Positions 7,710 to 14,979 of a stretch of 29,923 nucleotides of DNA are shown here, piece by piece. Below the pieces are notes generated by a model that had not been told where the DNA came from, did not search any database, and was given only the letters and a program-made list of their open reading frames with translations. The first letter of the stretch is position 1. The number at the start of each line of letters is the position of its first letter. The stretch spans positions 1 through 29,923 of the forward strand of contig JAYVOO010000152.1 of assembly GCA_043757905.1 (NCBI GenBank). The letters run 5' to 3'. The translations under genes and the position numbers were made by a program. The DNA is from Oligoflexia bacterium (GTDB taxonomy: Bacteria; Bdellovibrionota; UBA1018).

Positions 7710-9239
7710 GTGCGGATCGGCATCATCGACCTCGGGACGAACTCCGTTCGTTTCGACGTGCATCAGCTCGGACCCGGCAACCGGGTCCGCACCCTTCATC
7801 GCGAGAAGCTGATGGTCCGTCTGGGCCAAGGCGTTTTTCTCGACGGTAAGCTCGATCCCACCGCCATTCGCCGCACCCTAGAAGCTTTCACGAGCTTCGC
7901 CCGCACCGCCCGCGAGCTGCAGACCGAAAAGATCGTGGCTTTCGGGACGAGTGCGCTTCGCGAGGCCTCAGACTCCGAGAAGCTCTTGACCCGGATCAAG
8001 GCGCATACCGGGATCGAGATCCGGGTGATCTCCGGCCAGGAGGAAGCCAAGCTCATCGCCGAGGGTATTCTCGCGCACGTGAAGCCCCCCAAGGGCTGTT
8101 TCGGCCTGATCGACATCGGCGGAGGCTCGGTCGAGATTAGCATCTGCCGGAACAAGACCGTGCTCCACGCCGAGAGCTTCCCCCTCGGCACCGCCCGCCT
8201 CCAGCAGGTATTTCTGAAAAGCAGCCCGCCGCCCTCCCCGTTCAAGGGCCAGGCCGCGCCGATCGATCAGCTCCGGCGTTATATCAAGAGCATCCTCCTG
8301 CCCAAGATGCTCTCCGAGGGCTGGCCCAAGGTCACGCGCATCTACGGCTCGAGCGGCACCATCAAGGCGATCGCGAAGCTCTGCAAATGGAAGGCGGGCG
8401 GGAGCGCGAAATCCATCGATCTCGGCGAGTTGAAGAAGCTCTCCAAACTGATGGCCACGCACTCGACGACCCAGCTGCTCGGGATGCCCGGAATGGAAGC
8501 CCGTCGCGTGGACATGATCCTGGCCGGCGCGATCCTGCTCGAAGAATCTCTCGAAGCCGTGCGCGCGAAGAAAGTCATCACGACGGATTACTCGCTCCGG
8601 GACGGGATCCTCGAGGAAGAGCTGAAAGTCTTCCGCAAGCATGAGAAGACTCATCTCGCTTTCCATTTCGACGACTTTTACGCCAAAGCGCGACGCATGG
8701 GCGTGACCGATACCCACCTCAAGCAGGTGACCGCGCTCACCGACACGCTCTACGACCGGTTCCGCCCGCTGCACAAGCTCAAGCCCGAGTGGAAGAACTA
8801 CCTGAAGGCCGCGGCCATTCTCCACGACACGGGCGAGGCGATCACGCCCACCCGCCATGCGGAGCATTCCTACTACATCGTCAAGAACGCCGACTTCCCC
8901 GCGCTCGAAAAGTGGGAGACCGACTTCATCGCCGAGCTCTGCCTGCGCCACCAAGGCGGCAAGTTCGAGCTCAAGGACCTGCCGTTCAAAGGCAAGAGCG
9001 AAAAAGACAAGGAGAGGCGCCATGCCTTTCCCAGGCTGCTCGCCCTACTTCGCCTCGCTGATGCGCTGGACCGTGGCCACAAGAGCAATGTCCGCATCAA
9101 GCGGGTCCGGCTTACCAGGCGTGAAGTCCATCTGCATCTCTCCGGCACCGCTGTCGATCTCGAGCTGCTCCGAGTGGAGCAGAAAAAGGGCCTTTTCGAG
9201 CAAGTATTCGACCGCAAGCTCGTGGTCGTTAAGTCCTAG
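7710..9239 (+). CDS. ppx: Ppx/GppA exopolyphosphatase / pppGpp phosphohydrolase with C-terminal HD domain
   Basis: IIDLGTNSVR, GTSALREA, ISGQEEA, IDIGGGSVE, GSSGT, LRDGI; HD motif AAILHDTG. Confidence 0.93.
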   Translation: MRIGIIDLGTNSVRFDVHQLGPGNRVRTLHREKLMVRLGQGVFLDGKLDPTAIRRTLEAFTSFARTARELQTEKIVAFGTSALREASDSEKLLTRIKAHTGIEIRVISGQEEAKLIAEGILAHVKPPKGCFGLIDIGGGSVEISICRNKTVLHAESFPLGTARLQQVFLKSSPPPSPFKGQAAPIDQLRRYIKSILLPKMLSEGWPKVTRIYGSSGTIKAIAKLCKWKAGGSAKSIDLGELKKLSKLMATHSTTQLLGMPGMEARRVDMILAGAILLEESLEAVRAKKVITTDYSLRDGILEEELKVFRKHEKTHLAFHFDDFYAKARRMGVTDTHLKQVTALTDTLYDRFRPLHKLKPEWKNYLKAAAILHDTGEAITPTRHAEHSYYIVKNADFPALEKWETDFIAELCLRHQGGKFELKDLPFKGKSEKDKERRHAFPRLLALLRLADALDRGHKSNVRIKRVRLTRREVHLHLSGTAVDLELLRVEQKKGLFEQVFDRKLVVVKS

Positions 9240-9243
9240 GTCC

Positions 9244-10065
9244 TTAGAGTGCGCTGATGCCTTGCAGAACTGTGGTAGTAGGCTGCGTGACAGTCGCGCC
9301 GGTCGGAGTAGCGTTAGGAGTGACGGTCACAGGCGTGGCCGTGGCGGTCGGCGTGGCCGTGGCGGTCGGCGTGGCCTGGCAGGAGGCCAGCGCGGTCGTC
9401 TTCGTGGCAAGCGCGGTCTTGGCGGTGGCGAGCTCGGCCGAGTCGGAGTTACGATGGGCATAGAGAAGGTCCGTCAACGCGTCGGCGGTCTGGGCGCGGT
9501 AGCGCTCAAACTCGGGCTTCGTCGAGGCCATGATCGCGAGCTGGTCCTTCTCGTACTTCATCGCGGCGATGTAGTCGACGTTACCCGAGGCATCGCGGTT
9601 GACGTCTCGGGACATCATCTCAATCTGACGAAGATCCGACATCATCGTCGGATGGTAGGCGTAGTCGTATGGGGCCTTGGTGTGGTCATTGAACATAGCC
9701 TGCCCTTTGTTCGCGTTCGCGGTCCAAGTCGCGAGGTCAGAGACAGAGGAGGTGGGCGTGGTGCTTGGAGTCGAAGTGTTAGTCGAGATGTTTTCCAGGT
9801 AGTTGTTCCAAACGCGGTTCATGCCAGTCGGCTCTTCCTGGGATGTCTCCGGGGAGGCTATTGAAGCACTTGCAGTGGCCGTTTGGGCAGCAGGAGCCGA
9901 AGCAGCAGGACTCCGATGATGCGACGAGTGATGTCCACCATGCGAACTGTGTGAACTATGCGAGCTATGGGAAGATCTGCTCCTTGCCAGCGCAACGCTT
10001 TGCAAGCCCATCAGCATGACTACAGAAATGGAAATAGAAAACAGGCCAAGATATTTCACGCGCAT
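9244..10065 (-). CDS. Secreted low-complexity protein (His/Ser-rich N-terminus, Thr/Pro/Ala-rich C-terminus), 273 aa
   Basis: SD GGGGGA before ATG 10065; signal peptide MRVKYLGLFSISISVVMLMGLQSVALA; helical-looking core between low-complexity ends. Confidence 0.75.
   Translation of the reverse strand: MRVKYLGLFSISISVVMLMGLQSVALARSRSSHSSHSSHSSHGGHHSSHHRSPAASAPAAQTATASASIASPETSQEEPTGMNRVWNNYLENISTNTSTPSTTPTSSVSDLATWTANANKGQAMFNDHTKAPYDYAYHPTMMSDLRQIEMMSRDVNRDASGNVDYIAAMKYEKDQLAIMASTKPEFERYRAQTADALTDLLYAHRNSDSAELATAKTALATKTTALASCQATPTATATPTATATPVTVTPNATPTGATVTQPTTTVLQGISAL
9332..9376. repeat. 18-bp tandem repeat x2.5 (GGCGTGGCCGTGGCGGTC), coding ATPTAT repeats
   Basis: Exact copies at 9332-9349 and 9350-9367, half copy at 9368-9376. 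Confidence 0.9.
9916..9975 (-). repeat. Protein-level (SSH)4-GGHH-SSHH repeat with synonymous codon variation
   Basis: Codons tct tcc cat agc tcg cat agt tca cac agt tcg cat ggt gga cat cac tcg tcg cat cat; 8 His in 20 residues. Confidence 0.85.
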
Positions 10066-10236
10066 AGAACGTCCCCCGAAAAGTGTGAAATTAGGTTGTT
10101 GTCTAAAGATTAACGCAACGAGTCGCATGTCGCTAGTGCGTCTTTTTTTACACGGATAAAATTTAACAATTTCGGCAAGTTGCGCGCGGTTAGATGGCTG
10201 TCTACCTACTGCGGTCTACGAGGAAGTCTGCCAGAT

Positions 10237-10962
10237 TCAGCGCTTTTTCCAGAGATCCGACGCCTTCTGGAACTCCTGGCGGGCGATCAGGAGACGGTTC
10301 TTGCCATTCACGGTCGCGCGCCCTCGAACAGTATTCTGCACTTTCTCGGCGGCCTGAAGCAGATGCTCCCACTCGTTGAGCTGGGACTGCGCGTAAGTCT
10401 TGGCGGAAACGGCGTCGCCTTTTTTCAGCGAAGCGAGCTCGGCTTTATTGGGAAGCTTGAGCTGGTCGGGTGTCGAACGGTGGTCGATCAGCCGGAGATT
10501 CACCCAGTGCAGACGCATATTCTGGAGAATCGATTCCATCGCGTTAGCCGCGATCTCCTGGTCCTGAAGAAAATAGCCTAGCGGCGCAGAGGCGAGGAAC
10601 TTCAAGCTGCTCAGATCTAGCATTCCCGCCGAGGCCATTCCGAGGGCAGACTGCTCGTAACAAAGAAGGTAATCTTTAGGTTTCATTCCCGGACAGAGCT
10701 TCGCGGGCTCCTTCTCGAGTGCGACGCGAAGACTATTGGTACGACAGGCCTGCTCGCGGATGAACGCCTGGTATTCCTTGCTAAGCTTCAAGGCATCCGC
10801 GTTCGCGTCAGCAGGCATGTTGGCCGGGCAATTACCTGCGGGCTTCTGGTAAGCCTGGATTCCTTTGGGCCATCCGCGGGTCAGGTCCTCGTCGGCGGCA
10901 CGCGCTTGAAAGCCCAACCCAAACACCACGATCGCAAGTAGAGGAAATGTGAAAAGTCGCAT
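10237..10962 (-). CDS. Secreted hypothetical protein (241 aa, 4 Cys, helical-looking)
   Basis: Signal peptide MRLFTFPLLAIVVFGLGFQARA; typical codon usage. Confidence 0.8.
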   Translation of the reverse strand: MRLFTFPLLAIVVFGLGFQARAADEDLTRGWPKGIQAYQKPAGNCPANMPADANADALKLSKEYQAFIREQACRTNSLRVALEKEPAKLCPGMKPKDYLLCYEQSALGMASAGMLDLSSLKFLASAPLGYFLQDQEIAANAMESILQNMRLHWVNLRLIDHRSTPDQLKLPNKAELASLKKGDAVSAKTYAQSQLNEWEHLLQAAEKVQNTVRGRATVNGKNRLLIARQEFQKASDLWKKR

Positions 10963-10968
10963 GCCTCT

Positions 10969-10997
10969 AGGATCAGGGATCGGGTCGAAAATTTCAA
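10969..10997 (-). promoter_or_regulatory. Sigma70-like promoter TTGAAA-N17-GATCCT, 6 nt before ATG 10962
   Basis: The -35 overlaps the grxD stop; the -10 keeps A2 and T6. Confidence 0.45.
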
Positions 10998-11308
10998 GAC
11001 TTGATCAGGGCCTGCAGCTCACCGCGTTCGTGCATCTCGCTGACGATATCGCAGCCGCCGATGAACTTGCCGTTGATAAAGACCTGGGGGACGGTGGGCC
11101 ACTGCGTGAACTCTTCAAGTGCTTCCCACATCGGCTCGTCCGAGAGGACATCGAAATGGGCGACGCTTGGGGCACCGGCGGCCTTCAAGACCTGCACCGC
11201 GCGGGCGGAGAACCCGCACTGGGGGAACTGGGGGTTGCCCTTCATAAAGATGACGACCGGGCTTTCCTTGACCTTCTCTTCGATTTTGGACTGTAAGGGA
11301 TGTGACAT
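10994..11308 (-). CDS. grxD: Monothiol glutaredoxin (Grx4 family)
   Basis: IFMKG..QFPQCGFS active site; WPTVPQVFINGKFIGGCD. Confidence 0.95.
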   Translation of the reverse strand: MSHPLQSKIEEKVKESPVVIFMKGNPQFPQCGFSARAVQVLKAAGAPSVAHFDVLSDEPMWEALEEFTQWPTVPQVFINGKFIGGCDIVSEMHERGELQALIKS

Positions 11309-11331
11309 TTAAACCACTTCTTTCTTTTGAA

Positions 11332-11577
11332 TTAGAGCTTTTTCCATTGTTCGGGAGTGTAGGTCTTGAGCGTCAGCGCATGAAGCTCACCCGAGTCGAC
11401 CTCGGCCTTCACGAGCCCAAAGACCAGCCGATGCTGCTCGATCATCATCTTGCCTTCGAAAGCGGGAGAAATGACCAGGGCCTGGTAATGGTCCTCGGTC
11501 CCGGTCAGGTCGACGATCTCAGCCTGAGTTCCGGACGACAAGGTTTCGAGCTTCTTCTTGAGTGCATCGGGTTTCAT
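11332..11577 (-). CDS. bolA: BolA/IbaG family protein (81 aa)
   Basis: DHYQALVISPAFEGK..IEQHRLV...ELHALTLKT; canonical adjacency to grxD. Start at ATG 11577. Confidence 0.92.
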   Translation of the reverse strand: MKPDALKKKLETLSSGTQAEIVDLTGTEDHYQALVISPAFEGKMMIEQHRLVFGLVKAEVDSGELHALTLKTYTPEQWKKL

Positions 11578-11648
11578 TGAAGCGTGACTTAACACACCTT
11601 TCCAAGATTCTCCAACTGGTTCGGCCAAGCCGCAGGTGCGGGAGCCGT

Positions 11649-12263
11649 TCAGACCGCGATCGCGTCTTCCGGGTCATCCACCGCGGTGATCACGTCCGGA
11701 TCTCCGGCCGTGCCGCTGTCACCCGGCTCCGAAAGCCGCATACGGACCCGCCCGCTTCGCACTGGCCCGTAAAACGCGCCCATCGCCGCTCCGTAGAGAA
11801 GGTGGCCCACCAGAAGTACCACCACGGTGTCGGCGCCCATCCCCGAGCCGAAGAACCCGAAGCCGCGATACGTATCGATTTGCATCTGCTCGTGGATCAC
11901 CTGGAAGAAGGGGAAGATCGCTACCGCCGCCAGCACCGTATGGGCGAACCCGAGCAGGATGCCAAGACGCACGCTCGACCTGCGGAACACGAACTCGAAA
12001 CAATAGGCGTAAAAGATCCCGAAGGTTCCACCGACGAAGAAATTCGAGAGGAACCCCGCGGTCCAAGAGTGCGTTCCGTACGGCGTGCCTTTCACCAGCG
12101 AGCCCAGATAAACGAAGAGAGAGAAGGGCGTCGCGCCTACCGCCGCGAAGATGTCGACGAAAAGACCCATAAAGGTCGCGCCGAACGCGCCGGCGAGGAT
12201 CGCCCTCCACCAGTTCATCGGCTGCTCGTTCCGCTCCAGCAAACTGATTTTTCGTCGTGCCAT
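11649..12263 (-). CDS. Multi-pass membrane protein (DUF6789/DUF2938-like pattern); alternative start ATG 12218
   Basis: TM segments AILAGAFGATFM, GGTFGIFYAY, GILLGFAHTV, LLVGHLLYGAAMGAFY. ATG 12263 sits symmetrically relative to the 12274-12302 palindrome. Confidence 0.75.
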   Translation of the reverse strand: MARRKISLLERNEQPMNWWRAILAGAFGATFMGLFVDIFAAVGATPFSLFVYLGSLVKGTPYGTHSWTAGFLSNFFVGGTFGIFYAYCFEFVFRRSSVRLGILLGFAHTVLAAVAIFPFFQVIHEQMQIDTYRGFGFFGSGMGADTVVVLLVGHLLYGAAMGAFYGPVRSGRVRMRLSEPGDSGTAGDPDVITAVDDPEDAIAV

Positions 12264-12273
12264 GTGGACAGGA

Positions 12274-12302
12274 TGTGCAAACGATGGTCCATCGATTGCA
12301 CA
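12274..12302. promoter_or_regulatory. 29-bp imperfect palindrome containing two overlapping divergent sigma54-like promoters
   Basis: TGTGCAA-A-CGATGG-T-CCATCG-A-TTGCACA. Plus strand TGGTCC-N5-TTGCA (12285-12300); minus strand TGGACC-N5-TTGCA (12291-12276). Confidence 0.65.
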
Positions 12303-12312
12303 ACCCTCCTCC

Positions 12313-12795
12313 ATGAAGCGCACCATCAATTGGTTGGACCATGCGACCCGTACCCTTCACTCTAACCACCGGCAAGCCGCGGGATGCGCGGATTACATCT
12401 CCCAGCGCTTGGCGAACCTACTGCTCGAACGCCTCCCCTCGCCGACCGCTCTCGAGCTGATCGAGATCCTCCCGGATTCCGCGCGCGAGATGGTCGACTC
12501 GCTTCGCGCGGCGGCGGACTCGCCCAGCGAGGCAAGCATCGGCTACCAGGACTTTCTCAATCGAACGGCGTTCGCCATCGGCTGCTCCGGCTGTATCTCC
12601 TCGCCCGCGGACAGCCAAAACTTCGAGCCGGAGCTCAATGAGCTTGCGAAGAAGGTGACTGATACCTTCCTGTGGGCGTGCGCACGTGAACTCCCGAACG
12701 AACTCAAATTCCGAATGGCCGAAGGGCTACCACTCGAACTCAAGTCGCGGATGGATCTCTTCGAAGACCCGGGCGAGCGCACGCAAGTCGCCTGA
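12313..12795 (+). CDS. DUF2267-like protein (160 aa)
   Basis: Duplicated helical pattern L.ERL...ALEL...LP / ..EL.......LP.ELK and central YQDFLNRTA, as in DUF2267; start ATG 12313. Confidence 0.6.
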   Translation: MKRTINWLDHATRTLHSNHRQAAGCADYISQRLANLLLERLPSPTALELIEILPDSAREMVDSLRAAADSPSEASIGYQDFLNRTAFAIGCSGCISSPADSQNFEPELNELAKKVTDTFLWACARELPNELKFRMAEGLPLELKSRMDLFEDPGERTQVA

Positions 12796-12810
12796 GTCGC
12801 GAACCCGCCA

Positions 12811-12838
12811 TTGACATCCGGGGCGGCGCGGGCAAATT
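12811..12838 (+). promoter_or_regulatory. Sigma70-like promoter TTGACA-N16-CAAATT, 8 nt before ATG 12847
   Basis: Consensus -35; -10 keeps A2 and T6; no SD. Confidence 0.55.
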
Positions 12839-12846
12839 GAAAAGTT

Positions 12847-14295
12847 ATGCCCGCAGGCCCTCATCCAAACGAGCCGGTTCCGAGCTCGACTCGACTTCTC
12901 GCGCAAGCGAGGTGGCTCATGTATGCAAGCGCCCCCGCCCTGGCAGTCATGGCCCTTTACTCGGGCTGGCGGAACGTCGCGCTCTATGGTGATTGCGCCT
13001 TGGCTTCGCTTGGGTTGCTCGGTCAGGGGTTGATCCCGCTTTACAATCCAGCTCGCGTGACCGGAATCTACATGTTGCAAGCACTGCCCTATAACCTCGT
13101 CAGGCTCGGAATGACCGATTCCGCGGCGATCGTCCACTGGTTCGGAGCGTGGCCGGGACTGATCTCCGCGTTGAGCCTTGCAGTGTATCTCTATTTGGCG
13201 CGCCGGGACTTCCGCTTGCAATGCCTGGGCACGGTGCTGCAACTCACACTCACCCTGATGACCTCCCTGGTGCCGACGGAATCCCAGATGGCGACCGCCA
13301 TCTGGCTGGTCCTCGTCTCGGTGATCTTCGCGCGAGACACGCTGTTTTCGTTTCCGCGCGCGGCGATTCTCCTGCTCGGATCGATCGCCTTCATCAACGT
13401 CTACGAAACCGCCGCAGCATTGGCACCGCTTCTCGCCGTGGGGATCGTTCTTCGTTTAGGACGCGAACCCGATTGGTGCCGATATCGGTTTGCGCCGCTA
13501 GCCGCGCTAATTCCCCTAACTTTTGCTGCAGTCACCGCCGCCCGGGCCATCCACCATCCGGAATCGCCAGCCAACCTGCTCCAGTTCCAGGAGTCGATGT
13601 TCCTAGTTCTGCTTCAGCCCGCGCTCTGGATCAGCCTGGCGCTCTCCGCCGCCGTGCTTTTCGGCGGCAAGCTCCAGGCGAAGTGGCAACCCGATCTGCC
13701 AATATCCACCTGCCTCTTCCTGGCGTGGGCGGTGTTCTGGTTGCTCTCGAGCTCGCTCGGCGTGGAGATCATCCCTCCCCGCGGCCAATACTCGGCGCGC
13801 GTGCTCCAGCTCATTCTTCCCGCCGCGGTGACAAGCGCGCTGATCCTCAGCGGCTCCCGTCGCCTTGCGCCCTTCGCTCGACGTCTTTCTGCGACGCCCT
13901 CTCGCGCGTCCGTCCTCGCTCTGTTGATGCTCCTGTCCCTGAATATCGAGTGGCGAGTGGACGCGCTCCGCATGTGGACGCGGTACCTCGAGCTCATGGC
14001 GGGCTTCATCGGGTCAGGGAGGGGAATCGTCGCCGCCGAAGATACGCCGTTCCCGGACGATAAGATGGCATGGGGCTGGTCGCTACCTACCGAGATGGTC
14101 GTGTTAGCCACCATCAAACGCATACCACTCACCAGCATTGCCCACTTCTCGCACAACGGTGACTACGAGCCGATCTGCGCGCTTCGGCCCGAATCGCTCC
14201 CGCGCTTTGAGAACGGGCCGGAATACCGCCTGATGCCGATCAAGGAACGCCCAATTCGCAAGCGGACCCCGCCGCCGTCGCGCCCTTCGACGTGA
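12847..14295 (+). CDS. Polytopic membrane protein (about 10 TM segments), possibly GT-C glycosyltransferase-like
   Basis: Many hydrophobic segments, loop motifs YGD and NVYET, soluble C-terminal tail. Confidence 0.7.
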   Translation: MPAGPHPNEPVPSSTRLLAQARWLMYASAPALAVMALYSGWRNVALYGDCALASLGLLGQGLIPLYNPARVTGIYMLQALPYNLVRLGMTDSAAIVHWFGAWPGLISALSLAVYLYLARRDFRLQCLGTVLQLTLTLMTSLVPTESQMATAIWLVLVSVIFARDTLFSFPRAAILLLGSIAFINVYETAAALAPLLAVGIVLRLGREPDWCRYRFAPLAALIPLTFAAVTAARAIHHPESPANLLQFQESMFLVLLQPALWISLALSAAVLFGGKLQAKWQPDLPISTCLFLAWAVFWLLSSSLGVEIIPPRGQYSARVLQLILPAAVTSALILSGSRRLAPFARRLSATPSRASVLALLMLLSLNIEWRVDALRMWTRYLELMAGFIGSGRGIVAAEDTPFPDDKMAWGWSLPTEMVVLATIKRIPLTSIAHFSHNGDYEPICALRPESLPRFENGPEYRLMPIKERPIRKRTPPPSRPST

Positions 14296-14304
14296 GAAGT
14301 TGGA

Positions 14305-14979
14305 TCAGGGCCGCGCCACGCTGACCTTCGGGCAGAAGCGCGAGATCTCGCACCTCTCGCAGAACGCGGAGCGCGCCGTGCAGACCGCCCGTCCGTGGTA
14401 AATCAGCAGATGGGACATGATCGTCCAGTCCTCTTTCGGCGCGAGTGCCATCAGCTCGAATTCGATTTTCACCGGGTCATTGTTCTTCGTGAAGCCAAGA
14501 CGGCGCGATAGCCGCCCCACGTGCGTGTCCACGGGAATGCCGGGAATGCCGAAAACATTGCCCAGGACCACGTTCGCCGTTTTTCGGCCCACGCCTCTGA
14601 GCTCGACCAGGTCCTCCATCGCCTGCGGCACTTCGCCCCTATGGCGTTCGACGATCCTCTCCGCGCAGGTCTTGAGCGAGAGCGACTTCGCGCGGAAGAA
14701 ACCCGTGGTCTTGACGAGCTTCTCGATGTCGGCAAGCTTCCCGAGCGCGAGCGCCTGGACGGTCGGGTACTTCTTGAAAAGCGCGGGCGTAACCTTGTTT
14801 ACCCGTTCATCCGTGCACTGAGCGGAAAGAATGGTCGCGCAGATCAGCTCGTAGCCGTCGCGGAAATCCAGACTGCATTTCGCTTCCGGGTACTCGCGCT
14901 TGAGAATCTTCAGAATCTCGCGCACGCGAGCCTGCTCGCGTCCAAGAATTTCCGCGGAGCTTAGGCCCTTTGCAGCCAT
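14305..14979 (-). CDS. nth: Endonuclease III (DNA glycosylase/AP lyase)
   Basis: ILSAQCTDERVN; HhH LRGVGRKTAN; PVDTHV; [4Fe-4S] motif CTARSAFCERCEISRFC; SD GAGGT. Confidence 0.96.
   Translation of the reverse strand: MAAKGLSSAEILGREQARVREILKILKREYPEAKCSLDFRDGYELICATILSAQCTDERVNKVTPALFKKYPTVQALALGKLADIEKLVKTTGFFRAKSLSLKTCAERIVERHRGEVPQAMEDLVELRGVGRKTANVVLGNVFGIPGIPVDTHVGRLSRRLGFTKNNDPVKIEFELMALAPKEDWTIMSHLLIYHGRAVCTARSAFCERCEISRFCPKVSVARP

Noticed and set aside
9332-9376. 18-bp direct repeats as a possible CRISPR or mobile-element signature
   Set aside because: Contiguous copies without spacers, in frame, encoding a Thr/Ala/Pro linker; no cas or transposase genes in the window.
10120-10149. 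Weak stem followed by a T7 tract on the plus strand
   Set aside because: The stem is short and mismatched and no plus-strand gene ends there; more likely part of the AT-rich promoter region of the 10065 gene.
12215-12301. 28-aa minus-strand uORF (GTG 12301, apparent SD GGAGGAGG) ending in an ATGA overlap on ATG 12218
   Set aside because: It starts upstream of the predicted minus-strand TSS (about 12265) and runs across the promoter palindrome; the peptide has no features. The symmetric sigma54 reading explains the region better.
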